In this document: positions 30,754 to 39,579 of the stretch, piece after piece | Layout: each line of letters opens with the position of its first letter | Position numbering within the stretch: position 1 is the first letter of the stretch | Virus record (IMG/VR): IMGVR_UViG_3300030107_006047 | Coordinates: 8,061 to 72,060 of that record | DNA: 64,000 nucleotides | Reading direction: 5' to 3' (one strand) | DNA from: a virus | Notes under the pieces: model-generated | The model's database searches: none | Told to the model about the DNA's origin: nothing | What the model saw: only the letters and a program-made list of their open reading frames with translations | Position numbers and translations under genes: made by a program

Positions 30754-31754
30754 TGAGTAGGCGTAGCCGATTTGATGTTGGGCTATACGCCCCAAGGGTT
30801 AGCCGGATCCCCACCTTTATTCCAAGACGTGGCCCCAAAACCCCTGCTTCTGGCGGCGGGAACGCTTGGAAGGATTGGGTGGATTTTGATTTGTCCAAGA
30901 TTGCTGACGTATCTGAATGGAAGAAGATTGAAGGCGATGGGATCGGTGATATTAACGTCACAGCCGCAATGTCTGGCGACCAACTACACATTACGCTTCC
31001 TGATATTGGGAGCAACTACAACCTAAGAAACCAGGGCAACCAACAAAAGGGGCTTTGGTTTATCAAGAAGGTAAAGTTTGCTCCCTGGGCAAACCAGGCG
31101 ACTCCAGCAGGGGAGGCTGCGAACAGCTATCAAAGTGAGAGCACCCTTTTCAAAATGGAGATGCAGTTCGATCATACCAACGGACCCATCAACGGAACTT
31201 CCGACCAAAGCTACGGCCACAATGTTCACGCTGCATGCGGTATTATCGCCTACAGTTCTGATCAAGGAACAGATCCTCCGTTGCCCGGCAGCAGCGCTGA
31301 GTACGCTGGCGTGTATGTTAGGAAGCACAGGGCGCAAGATCCGAACACGTTTTCGCACGGCACCCAAAAGTTTAGCATGTATCAATCTGGCCTTTTTTCC
31401 CGTCTGGGAAAAGCCCCAGGGGATGGTCGTATTTGGAGGAACCAGGACGGAGCAGACGCAACATCGCATGATGCTATCGTCTTTCAAGCGGGAATCTCCA
31501 CCAACATTACCACCCATCCTATTGGATCTTACAATGAGAACATGCCTTGCGGCTCTTACGCGACAACGACTCCTTTCGGCCCAATGGTAAAAGGAACGGC
31601 GCTTTCAAACAACTCTACTCGTTTTGGAGGAAAGCACCTCTATTTGGCATGCTGGTTCGGATTTGATACAACGAGCCAGAAAGGCGGGGTTATTCGCATC
31701 AAAAAACTGAGGTACTTGCTTCAGCCTCTTGCTGCACGCGCCGCACTGGAGTAG
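30753..31754 (+). CDS. Hypothetical protein, possibly receptor-binding
   Basis: 333 aa, TGATG overlap with previous gene, beta-rich. Confidence 0.55.
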   Translation: MSRRSRFDVGLYAPRVSRIPTFIPRRGPKTPASGGGNAWKDWVDFDLSKIADVSEWKKIEGDGIGDINVTAAMSGDQLHITLPDIGSNYNLRNQGNQQKGLWFIKKVKFAPWANQATPAGEAANSYQSESTLFKMEMQFDHTNGPINGTSDQSYGHNVHAACGIIAYSSDQGTDPPLPGSSAEYAGVYVRKHRAQDPNTFSHGTQKFSMYQSGLFSRLGKAPGDGRIWRNQDGADATSHDAIVFQAGISTNITTHPIGSYNENMPCGSYATTTPFGPMVKGTALSNNSTRFGGKHLYLACWFGFDTTSQKGGVIRIKKLRYLLQPLAARAALE

Positions 31755-31757
31755 TTC

Positions 31758-32045
31758 ATGGCTTCAATATGTTTGTTTGAGACAACTGGCACAAGCGCAG
31801 CCGACGATATCGTCGCCGCTGTAGAGGCCGGGGAGTTGTGGGGAGTAAACATGGGCTCCACATCTAAAAGTTCTTCCTATTCTAACTATGCTTTGGTTGA
31901 ATGCACTTCCAACCGGGCTCTTCAAGTTACGGATTCGATTCCAGATGATGTCCTTCTTCGTATCGTTCAAGACGAAGTCCCCAGTTTTACAGATGCTGGC
32001 ACCAACGAAAAAGCGTGGTATTTACTGGGGATGAATGGGGGCTAA
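31758..32045 (+). CDS. Hypothetical protein
   Basis: GGAG RBS; operon packing. Confidence 0.6.
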   Translation: MASICLFETTGTSAADDIVAAVEAGELWGVNMGSTSKSSSYSNYALVECTSNRALQVTDSIPDDVLLRIVQDEVPSFTDAGTNEKAWYLLGMNGG

Positions 32046-32048
32046 TGA

Positions 32049-32240
32049 ATGGAACAACGTGTACGAAAGCTCGAAACTGATGTAGCAGTCCTTGGTCAGC
32101 GCGTTGACACCACGGAGGCTGAGGTGTCGGCTATTCGAGAAGACATTCAAGGCATTAAGAAAGAGATCCACAAGGCACAGGGGCTGATCCTTGCGACGGT
32201 GGTGATCATGCAATGCATCGCGATCTTTATGGAAGGGTGA
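32049..32240 (+). CDS. Coiled-coil plus C-terminal TM protein (XhlA-like, putative holin/lysis)
   Basis: Heptads RVRKLE..V..L followed by one hydrophobic helix. Confidence 0.55.
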   Translation: MEQRVRKLETDVAVLGQRVDTTEAEVSAIREDIQGIKKEIHKAQGLILATVVIMQCIAIFMEG

Positions 32241-32241
32241 T

Positions 32242-32403
32242 GTGGAGGCGGATGTAGTAGCGAGCTACCTGGACTTAGGCATGACTTGCGGCTTCATTGC
32301 GTACCTCATCAACACAAATCGACGACAGGGCAAAGCCCTCACGATGATGACCCGAAAGTATGAAGAGCTTTTCGAGCGGGTGCTAAAGAAGGAACGTGAG
32401 TGA
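32242..32403 (+). CDS. Small holin-like membrane protein (not in ORF track)
   Basis: GTG start, 53 aa MEADVVASYLDLGMTCGFIAYLINTNRRQ...; N-terminal TM then charged helix; fills gap exactly. Confidence 0.5.
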   Translation: MEADVVASYLDLGMTCGFIAYLINTNRRQGKALTMMTRKYEELFERVLKKERE

Positions 32404-32659
32404 AGGCTCGACCAATCCTTTGTCCAACATGCCCCCGTGGGGCTGGATATTAGTTTATCTTGCTGGCGGCTCTGCAATAGGTGTTGGCGGTCTTGAGCTT
32501 ACTCACAGTTCTCATAGCCAAGAGAATGAATGCCCCGATCCAGGCTTTGCTCTTCACGAAGCGGAAAAAGAAATAGACGAACTAAGAAAGGCTCACGAGT
32601 CAATGGTCTCCAGTATTGGTATGATTTCTGGGTTATTGTCTCAATGCCAACAGCAATAG
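32396..32659 (+). CDS. TM plus coiled-coil protein (possible lysis accessory)
   Basis: WGWILVYLAGGSAIGVGGL hydrophobic segment then coiled coil. Confidence 0.5.
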   Translation: MSEGSTNPLSNMPPWGWILVYLAGGSAIGVGGLELTHSSHSQENECPDPGFALHEAEKEIDELRKAHESMVSSIGMISGLLSQCQQQ

Positions 32660-32668
32660 GAGGTTGAT

Positions 32669-33055
32669 TTGGCAACCTATACAAAGTTAAATCTGTCTCC
32701 AGGTGGCACTGAGGGTGATGGAAACCCAATCCCCATCACAGATACCAGCGGCAACGGTTCTTTTATCCATGACACATCCAACGATGAAACCAAACAGGAT
32801 GAGGTTTGGCTTTGGGCTGCCAACATTCACACTGCGGATGTACAGGTGACTCTTCATGTTGGTTATCTCAACTCTGGCTCTGCTGCTGTCACTGAGCAAA
32901 TGATTGTCACTCTGCCATCTAAGTCAGGGTGGACGCTGATCTTACAAGGCATTCCCCTCCGGTCTAGCGGCTCAACACCTCGTCGTGTCGCCGCGATTGC
33001 TGGCACCGCTAACGTGGTAAATATTGTAGGTTACGTCAACAGGATCTCTTCGTAA
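32669..33055 (+). CDS. Small virion protein (paralog of 30400..30753)
   Basis: AGGAGG RBS, TTG start; DEVWLWAAN...ANVVNIVGYVNR. Confidence 0.7.
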   Translation: MATYTKLNLSPGGTEGDGNPIPITDTSGNGSFIHDTSNDETKQDEVWLWAANIHTADVQVTLHVGYLNSGSAAVTEQMIVTLPSKSGWTLILQGIPLRSSGSTPRRVAAIAGTANVVNIVGYVNRISS

Positions 33056-33291
33056 TGAAGTGGCAGGATGACAGAGCCTACACTGACTGGCTAGTAGAAC
33101 AAGAATACGCTGTGGTAAAGGGCGATACGGTTTCTCCGTATTTGAGCAATGGCGTAGTTCTTTATATGCATGAAGCATGGGCCGCTGGTCATCAAGAGGC
33201 AGTTCAGCCTAAACCGCTAATATGCCAATGCGAGACCTGCAGGAATATTAGAAATAGGAAGGAGGACGATGGCGCACTTCTCACTGGATGA
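33055..33291 (+). CDS. Hypothetical protein
   Basis: TAATG coupling; CQCETC motif. Confidence 0.55.
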   Translation: MKWQDDRAYTDWLVEQEYAVVKGDTVSPYLSNGVVLYMHEAWAAGHQEAVQPKPLICQCETCRNIRNRKEDDGALLTG

Positions 33292-33757
33292 GTTTGTTGG
33301 GGCAATTCAAGAGGCAGTAGTCAGGTCTACGGACATCGCTGAAACGCATGAGCTGAATCACATTCAGCAAGAAGAGTACTGGATTGACACTGGCGAAAAG
33401 GCTGATGACGGTACTCCTATTTATAAGCCACGCATGGTGACAGTCCGGCTACCTATGTGGGAAGACGGCAAGCAAACCGAAAGGGACATACAGGTCCCCA
33501 TGCAGACCCTTGTCACAGGGCAGTCATTGGCTATTGAGGCCCTCACTGTAGAAATGGATGTAGAGCTTCAAGGTATGGAGGACGGGGCCGACATCGGATG
33601 TACCCACAGAAAGCTGAAGATAAATCCATCTATCGGTGGAAATGGGTGGTTTGCTAAAAAGCGGAATACTGCTAAGATTTCCATAACTTTTAAAGGGCAG
33701 GAACCTCCAGAAGGTTATGCTCGAATTGATAATCAACTCATCAAACTGCTTCCATAG
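33269..33757 (+). CDS. DUF2589-family protein (short type)
   Basis: L..FVGAIQEAV, VP..TLV..SLAIE.LTVEMDVEL, AKISITFKGQEPPEGYARI. Confidence 0.7.
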   Translation: MAHFSLDEFVGAIQEAVVRSTDIAETHELNHIQQEEYWIDTGEKADDGTPIYKPRMVTVRLPMWEDGKQTERDIQVPMQTLVTGQSLAIEALTVEMDVELQGMEDGADIGCTHRKLKINPSIGGNGWFAKKRNTAKISITFKGQEPPEGYARIDNQLIKLLP

Positions 33758-33766
33758 GAGAAAACA

Positions 33767-34405
33767 ATGGCAGATGGCCTTGTAAAAATGTCCGATCAGT
33801 TTGGCGGTTTGCCGATGGACCAACTGATTGGTGGTCCTTTGAAAGCAGCCTGTGACTCTCAGGTTCAGCTTGCCAAAGCAACCGCTGATTTTATCCAAAA
33901 CGTTGGCCTTGAGACTGATGCCAACGGGGTGATGAAGGCTCGCACGGTGGACTTTACCTATTCCAAGCCTGTCAACGACGGCAATGGTGGGTATACCGAG
34001 GTCACGAATCAGCTCGACGTGCCCATTCTTGCGATTCTCAACACTCCTTCTCTCCAAGTGAAAGAGGTTGAAGTAGACTTCACGATGGAAGTGAAGTCGA
34101 GCACGTCATCCAAATCAAGCCGGGACTACGAAGCTACTCTTGATACAGAAATCAAAGCAGGCTGGGGTCCGGTTAGTGTTGATGTAAAGATTCACGGATC
34201 GGTTTCTGCTAAGAGCGAGAATGCCCGGTCTTCTGACAACTCAGCGAAGTACAACGTCAAGGTCATCGCTCGCGACGACGGTATGCCAGAAGGTCTGAAG
34301 CGTTGTTTGGACATCGTTCAACAGGCGATTGCAGAAAAGCCTCAAGCTGGGCCTCCTGTGAACCAGCCCGTGAACCCACCAGCACCCTCTGGGAGGAATG
34401 GATAG
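33767..34405 (+). CDS. DUF2589-family protein (long type)
   Basis: FGGLPMDQLIGGPLKAACDSQVQLAKATADFIQNVG, VPILAI..PSL.V.EV.VDFTMEVK, RSSDNSAKYNVKV.A....PEGL. Confidence 0.85.
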   Translation: MADGLVKMSDQFGGLPMDQLIGGPLKAACDSQVQLAKATADFIQNVGLETDANGVMKARTVDFTYSKPVNDGNGGYTEVTNQLDVPILAILNTPSLQVKEVEVDFTMEVKSSTSSKSSRDYEATLDTEIKAGWGPVSVDVKIHGSVSAKSENARSSDNSAKYNVKVIARDDGMPEGLKRCLDIVQQAIAEKPQAGPPVNQPVNPPAPSGRNG

Positions 34406-34762
34406 ATGGCTTTTTATACTGGTAAAAATTCAATCACCCAAACCGACTTCATCCTTACAGACAACGATGTTGACGAGAGCGCTGTTGATGACGTGTTTGG
34501 TGGCTCGGCTACGGTCTACAGCCTGTACATTGAAAACGCAAGCTCGTTAGCTCACCTGAAGATCTACGATACCGCCGACCCCGTGGTTGGAACCACGGCA
34601 CCGGACATCGTTCTTCAGGCCGTGGCTTCGGAGGAACTCATGTGGCAGATTGTTGACGGCCTTGCCTTTACAAACTTTAGCTATGCCTGCGTTCAAGAAG
34701 ACGGAACGGGCGGTACTACCGCGCCGGCAGGAACTGTAAAACTCCACGCGGTTGTGAGGTAA
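34406..34762 (+). CDS. Small beta-sandwich virion protein (paralog of next gene)
   Basis: GSATVYSLYIEN...HLKIYD...VGTTAPD. Confidence 0.65.
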   Translation: MAFYTGKNSITQTDFILTDNDVDESAVDDVFGGSATVYSLYIENASSLAHLKIYDTADPVVGTTAPDIVLQAVASEELMWQIVDGLAFTNFSYACVQEDGTGGTTAPAGTVKLHAVVR

Positions 34763-34764
34763 AC

Positions 34765-35130
34765 ATGGCCCTTTCTTTAATTGGTGTAATTGCAGATGCG
34801 GGCAGCACTCATGCAGTACAAACAGACGCTACCGCTGAGGTTGATACTTTGAAGGCGGGCAGCGGTACGCTTTACAAAGTAGAAATCGACAACAGTGCGA
34901 ACAACGTTGCTGTGTATGTGAAGCTTTGGCTGCTTACAAGCACGGTTACTGTTGGGACGACCGATCCTCACTACATTTTTAAATGCCCTGCGTCGGTTAC
35001 CCGCGTGTATTCATGCCCTAAGGGTGCGGCGTTTGCTACCGGACTTAAGGCCGCGTGCGTCACAACGGGTGGAACGGCTGGGACATCCAACCCAACCAAT
35101 GATGTGATCTACAGGATTCTGTACACTTGA
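34765..35130 (+). CDS. Small beta-sandwich virion protein
   Basis: GSGTLYKVEIDN...YVKLW...VGTTDPH. Confidence 0.65.
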   Translation: MALSLIGVIADAGSTHAVQTDATAEVDTLKAGSGTLYKVEIDNSANNVAVYVKLWLLTSTVTVGTTDPHYIFKCPASVTRVYSCPKGAAFATGLKAACVTTGGTAGTSNPTNDVIYRILYT

Positions 35131-35167
35131 TGTTACTGAATCGGGAAATTGGGCTTAGAAGTAAAAC

Positions 35168-35374
35168 ATGAAGACCTATAAGAGCGAGTCGTACAGGATA
35201 AGGTCTTTTGAAACCAAGAAGATCAACAAGAAATCCGTGACGATTGTTCGGACAAAAGTTAGCGGCACGACACGGCCTCCTGGTCAGGAGCCTACGAAAG
35301 GTTCGAGTCGCACGGAAAGATTCGCCTTGTTGCCTGGTCAGGAGGCCAACCATGCTGTTGAAGAAGGGAAGTAG
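35168..35374 (+). CDS. Small basic hypothetical protein
   Basis: 68 aa ORF filling the gap before the endolysin; weak RBS. Confidence 0.4.
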   Translation: MKTYKSESYRIRSFETKKINKKSVTIVRTKVSGTTRPPGQEPTKGSSRTERFALLPGQEANHAVEEGK

Positions 35375-36158
35375 GGGGCAAGAGGTAAAAGACGTACAGG
35401 CCCTGCTAAACGATAAAGGTTACGGACAAATCGGTGTCGATGGAATCTTTGGACGAGGCACGGAGAAGGCCGTTAAACGCTTCCAGAAAGCGTCAGGTCT
35501 GTCTGCCGATGGAATCGTAGGGCCTAACACCCTCAAGGCTTTACAAGCCGCTGAAGAGCCAAAGCAGCCTGAAGTGTCTGATGAGCCACCACCTATCATT
35601 GGTGTGTTGAAAGAAAAGGGCTACGAGGTCTACACCGATGGCCAGATCAACACGATTGGTGTGCGCTCAAACAACCCGATCTCCAATAGCTTCGATGATG
35701 AGATGCACTTGGTGTGGGTGAAGAACGGATTGTGGCAGCACAAGAAGTACAGAATTACCACGGACCCAGGCACTTATTGCTTAGAACATCCTGAGGTCTA
35801 CGGTCGTGCCGCTGGCACGGCCATCATGGTGCCTGGTTCCTACCGCGCCTACAAGTGGGATATGCACCGTGGAAAGTATGAAACTCTGTGCCAGAGGGCA
35901 TCGCCCATCCGCGTCTGGCGTGATGGAAACCGCGATAATATACTTGATTTCGGACACGAAGATGACCTCGGAACCGAGGGGTGGTACGGCGTGAATTTGC
36001 ATCACGCAGGGGCTAACTCTACGCGAGTAGACAAGTGGTCGGCGGGCTGCCAGGTGTTTGCCCGAATCGCAGACTGGGAGGAAGCGGTTAAGATCTGGAA
36101 GGCATCGGAGGCTGAGGTCTTTACTTATACCCTCATCACCGAAGATGACCTGTCTTAG
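35352..36158 (+). CDS. Endolysin with N-terminal PG_binding_1 domain
   Basis: GGAGG RBS at ATG 35352; LKKGSRGQEVKDVQ..L...VDGIFGRGTEKAVKRFQ..GL.ADGIVGPNT; C-terminal TTDPG...GVNLHHAG...WSAGCQV. Confidence 0.85.
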   Translation: MLLKKGSRGQEVKDVQALLNDKGYGQIGVDGIFGRGTEKAVKRFQKASGLSADGIVGPNTLKALQAAEEPKQPEVSDEPPPIIGVLKEKGYEVYTDGQINTIGVRSNNPISNSFDDEMHLVWVKNGLWQHKKYRITTDPGTYCLEHPEVYGRAAGTAIMVPGSYRAYKWDMHRGKYETLCQRASPIRVWRDGNRDNILDFGHEDDLGTEGWYGVNLHHAGANSTRVDKWSAGCQVFARIADWEEAVKIWKASEAEVFTYTLITEDDLS

Positions 36159-36166
36159 GAGACGTA

Positions 36167-36388
36167 ATGGAAAAGCTCAAAGAACTTTGGAAAAAGCTCA
36201 ACCCTAAAGTGGCCCTGATTGGAGGAGTCGTGGTTATCTCGACCTCTCTTGGCACTTGTCATCTCATGGATTCAGAGGATAAACCAGAGGCCCCTGCCGC
36301 TGAAGAAGCTCCCGCTGAAGTTCCTGAAAAAGAAAATGAAGTTCCTCCTGCTGAAGAACAGGAAGGGGACGCTGCTCAACCAGCGTAA
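36167..36388 (+). CDS. Small membrane/lipoprotein-like protein after endolysin
   Basis: Basic N-terminus, hydrophobic stretch ending SLGTC, acidic Pro/Ala tail. Confidence 0.55.
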   Translation: MEKLKELWKKLNPKVALIGGVVVISTSLGTCHLMDSEDKPEAPAAEEAPAEVPEKENEVPPAEEQEGDAAQPA

Positions 36389-36399
36389 AGAAGAGAAAG

Positions 36400-36442
36400 A
36401 AAAAGAAGCCCCGCTGGCAAACACCAGCGGGGCTTTATTTTT
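36400..36442. terminator. Bidirectional terminator between convergent arms
   Basis: A-rich tract, AAGCCCCGCTGG/CCAGCGGGGCTT stem, T-rich tract. Confidence 0.85.
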
Positions 36443-36481
36443 AGCAAACAGCCTGGGAGGGACTGCTTGTAAAGCATATCA

Positions 36482-37132
36482 CTACAACGTGTCAGGCTTT
36501 GCCTTTTCTTTCCCGACATTTTCAAATGTATCGGTCGAGACTTTCTCTTTAGCCATCACACCAATCAAGTCTTTCAGCAGCGACTTCAGCTCGGAATCGT
36601 TACTCGAGTCACCTTTTGCAGCGAGCGCATCAAGAACCTCAGTTGGGAGGGCCTGTGCCTTCACGTTGACGTTCATGGCTGGCGCTCCGTTGTGATACTG
36701 AAGATCATCCTTGTTCAAGGCATCAACCCACTTGCATGCAAGCATCACCGACTCCATATTGTTGGAGTCTTTTCGGATGTCCACTTCATATTCAGCAAGC
36801 TTCCATTGACCGTTTCCTTGGGAGTGAGAAATGTTCTTCTCCATATGCTCAAGGCAGAGCCCAATCTGGTTGGCAAACAGTGCTGCCGACACATTGCCGA
36901 GGGTATGCGCCAGTTCCCATTTAGCGGAGCGGAGCCGAGAGCGGTGGTGTTTCCAGGCTTTCCGGGTCTTGGCGTCGATTTGGTTTAAGTCCAACACCTG
37001 ACGGACAATAGCTACAAGCTCAGATGACTGAAGCACCATGCTCTTTTTGTTGTCTTCATTATTGTGCTTTGGACCAACGGTTCCAAGCTTCCGCTTTTGG
37101 TTTTGATCTTTGATTTCTTCAAGAAGGCTCAC
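36482..37132 (-). CDS. Hypothetical protein
   Basis: 216 aa, overlaps the recT stop. Confidence 0.7.
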   Translation of the reverse strand: MSLLEEIKDQNQKRKLGTVGPKHNNEDNKKSMVLQSSELVAIVRQVLDLNQIDAKTRKAWKHHRSRLRSAKWELAHTLGNVSAALFANQIGLCLEHMEKNISHSQGNGQWKLAEYEVDIRKDSNNMESVMLACKWVDALNKDDLQYHNGAPAMNVNVKAQALPTEVLDALAAKGDSSNDSELKSLLKDLIGVMAKEKVSTDTFENVGKEKAKPDTL

Positions 37133-38049
37133 GGTTCATCTCCTAAATATTCTAATGCAAAGTCGTCTTCGACTGGTGGCGCGACATCTGGTTTAGCCAG
37201 CACCTCTGCTGCCTTGCTTTTCTTCTTCCGTCGCTTGGTTTTCTTATCTACTTCAACAGAATCTACATCGATTGGCTCCATTGTAGCAATGAGTTCTGTC
37301 TGACCTTCCTCTTTTAGGTCATCAAGGACAGGCTTTGGAATGAACAGTTCTTGGTCTTTGCCGGTGATGTCGGCGCTCGTGTCGTGCTCAAGAACCGTCT
37401 TGGCCTCTGCAGTCAGTGGCAAGTACTTGCAGATGCGTCGAATAACTGTCTTGCGCCACATCTCTTCGGTGTGGCTTTTCCATGGGCCGCTTCCTCCGCT
37501 ACGAGAGTTGTCTCGAATCTTTTCGATTTGATCCTTTCGCATCACCTCGACCTGTCGTTGCCCGTCTTTGAAAAAGCACACGGCATAGGCAAGCTTTGGC
37601 TCACCGACCTCTCCGTCATAGCTGGGCTTGTGCCTCAGCACTTCGCCCTCTTCAAGATCAAAGTAATGCTCAAAGGCTTCGCCTTCGTGTACAACCCTGG
37701 CTACAAAGTTAGCGATCTCGCCTGACCGGCGAACCAACTCCATCAGCCCGGTATAGTCAATCCACAACTCGGCATCGTGAGTCTTCTTTCGCGAGTTCCA
37801 GATGGGAACAAGGTGCGCCCTGTGTAGCACTCCACCAGCAACAAGGTTGAGTTGGCAGGCTTTGGCAAGGGCCATGTAAATCGATTGCGGTGAGCAAGAC
37901 AGAAGCCTCTCGTTCTTGGCGGCCTCAAACATTGCCAAAGAAACGATGCGATCTACGTCCGTGCCTTCGGGTGCAATCTTTCTTAGGACTCCCTTTTTTT
38001 GCTCAAGGTAGTTTCCTAAGTTCTTTCCAGGTGAAATCTCAGTACTCAT
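37129..38049 (-). CDS. recT: RecT-family ssDNA annealing protein
   Basis: LLSCSPQSI..A, AHLVP, IDYTGLMELVRRSG, GPW..HTEEMWRKTVIRRICKYLP. Confidence 0.92.
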   Translation of the reverse strand: MSTEISPGKNLGNYLEQKKGVLRKIAPEGTDVDRIVSLAMFEAAKNERLLSCSPQSIYMALAKACQLNLVAGGVLHRAHLVPIWNSRKKTHDAELWIDYTGLMELVRRSGEIANFVARVVHEGEAFEHYFDLEEGEVLRHKPSYDGEVGEPKLAYAVCFFKDGQRQVEVMRKDQIEKIRDNSRSGGSGPWKSHTEEMWRKTVIRRICKYLPLTAEAKTVLEHDTSADITGKDQELFIPKPVLDDLKEEGQTELIATMEPIDVDSVEVDKKTKRRKKKSKAAEVLAKPDVAPPVEDDFALEYLGDEP

Positions 38050-39005
38050 TTGTTTGTTCCTATAATTCGAAGCACCCTTGAACCGGGTTTTTCTTTAACG
38101 TATTTGTCGTACATCTCGGGGTTCTCTTCCCGAAACTTATTCTTATCAAAGACCTTGCTTGGCTTGTTTGGCTTCCACGTTGCAACGCCTTCGATGCCTA
38201 TTGCTTCACCGATGCTGAATCGGATCTCGTTCTCTATCTCTTTCTTTCTCGCTGCCAGTTCGTTGTATTGTTTCTTCACCTCGAGAAGCTCTTCGCGGAG
38301 CTGCTTGTCTTTCAACGAGGCTTCTTTCAGAAGCTCGACATCGGGCTTGTTGTAAAGCACGCTGAGCAACCTCCTTGCGTCGTCGCTTCCATCGGGCGGC
38401 GGTGGCTTATGGCCGACAACATGCTCGTCCCACCACTCAGTGGCTATGTCGAGGATTCTCTTGCCGAGCGCCTTGTCTCTATCAATACGATAAACCCTAA
38501 AGTCATCAAGACCAAAGTACGTGGCAATATCCCAATACGGTGCGTCCGTGATCTCCATGTAGACACGCATTTGAATTTCGACATCAAGCGGTACATCTGT
38601 TCCCCCGTCGTCTCCCCAGCCTTTTCTAAATCGCCGGGTCTTGGCATCCATCCCAAAGGTTGTGCCGTTTAGTTTGACGAGCCTGTCTGGCGTCCCAAAG
38701 ATCTTATCGTTCCCTGGGTGCCAGAGCAGACCACTGTCAACAAGCTCAGCACCTTTGCCAAGCCTGTTTTCGTACATCTCAACGACGTACTTCTCCATGA
38801 TTATGCCGCGCTCTGCGGCCTGCATGTCTCGGTTTTCAGACGGTGCTTCAATCCCAACTTTGTCTGCCCATAACGAAAAAGCGCTCTTCTCAAAGCATCC
38901 CAACTTTTGAGACTTCTCCGCAGATGAACAGATGATGCAAGCAACGTCGGTTCCACCGAGACCCCGCTTCCTCTCCCTTAGCCATTCTTCTCTCGTATTA
39001 TTCAT
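38046..39005 (-). CDS. YqaJ / lambda-exonuclease-family nuclease
   Basis: REEWL.ERKRGLGGTD, GTPDRL, MDAKT, VP....IQ..YM; adjacent to recT. Confidence 0.9.
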   Translation of the reverse strand: MNNTREEWLRERKRGLGGTDVACIICSSAEKSQKLGCFEKSAFSLWADKVGIEAPSENRDMQAAERGIIMEKYVVEMYENRLGKGAELVDSGLLWHPGNDKIFGTPDRLVKLNGTTFGMDAKTRRFRKGWGDDGGTDVPLDVEIQMRVYMEITDAPYWDIATYFGLDDFRVYRIDRDKALGKRILDIATEWWDEHVVGHKPPPPDGSDDARRLLSVLYNKPDVELLKEASLKDKQLREELLEVKKQYNELAARKKEIENEIRFSIGEAIGIEGVATWKPNKPSKVFDKNKFREENPEMYDKYVKEKPGSRVLRIIGTNK

Positions 39006-39012
39006 TGATTTG

Positions 39013-39050
39013 ATCCTATTCACTGATAGTATGTATGTCAATAGTTGACA
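39013..39050. promoter_or_regulatory. Leftward sigma70-type promoter with back-to-back TTGACA palindrome
   Basis: Minus strand TTGACA-17-TAGGAT; TGTCAA-TAG-TTGACA inverted repeat at 39036-39050. Confidence 0.65.
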
Positions 39051-39110
39051 GTCGATGAGCACCAGTTAATCGACAAACTATTGAAACTGTGATGTTTTTA
39101 TTTTACAAAG

Positions 39111-39359
39111 GTGCTTCATATGGTGTGCGAAGATTACAGAAAGGGGCTTCCTAATGCGAGCACGAGGGCTCTGTTTGTTGATTATCTAAATCAAAAACTT
39201 GAAGAGCTTGACCTCAGCATCACGGTTTCTCACCTGAGAGAGCTTGAAAAAGGAAGAAGAATACCAAGCCTTGAGCTTGCGTTAGGCATCGAGAAGGCAA
39301 CAGGGGGTGTTGTCTCCGCAAGAGAGTGGCCCGGCCTTAGCTCAAAGATACGGCGCTAA
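39111..39359 (+). CDS. XRE/Cro-like HTH regulator
   Basis: ITVSHLRELEKGRRIPSLELALGIEKATGGVV. Confidence 0.8.
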   Translation: MLHMVCEDYRKGLPNASTRALFVDYLNQKLEELDLSITVSHLRELEKGRRIPSLELALGIEKATGGVVSAREWPGLSSKIRR

Positions 39360-39578
39360 TCACCCCTCAGGTAAGTCTTGCTTCTTCTTGTAGGCTTCAA
39401 GCATTCTGTTTAGAGCCCACTTTGAACCAAGCTTATAGAAGACCCTGAGTTGCTCTCGAACATTCTCGTAGGTCTCTCCTCGAAGAACGGTGTCTCCTTC
39501 TTTGTCTTTTAGAACCCACCCTTTGTTTGTTTGCTCTAATGTCCAGTCGCTTGGAATCCAGTTCCTCTGATCTGCCAT
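39360..39578 (-). CDS. Hypothetical protein
   Basis: GAGG RBS before ATG 39578. Confidence 0.6.
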   Translation of the reverse strand: MADQRNWIPSDWTLEQTNKGWVLKDKEGDTVLRGETYENVREQLRVFYKLGSKWALNRMLEAYKKKQDLPEG

Positions 39579-39579
39579 C

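Noticed and set aside
35244-35351. N-terminal extension of the endolysin
   Set aside because: GGAGG RBS and domain start point to ATG 35352
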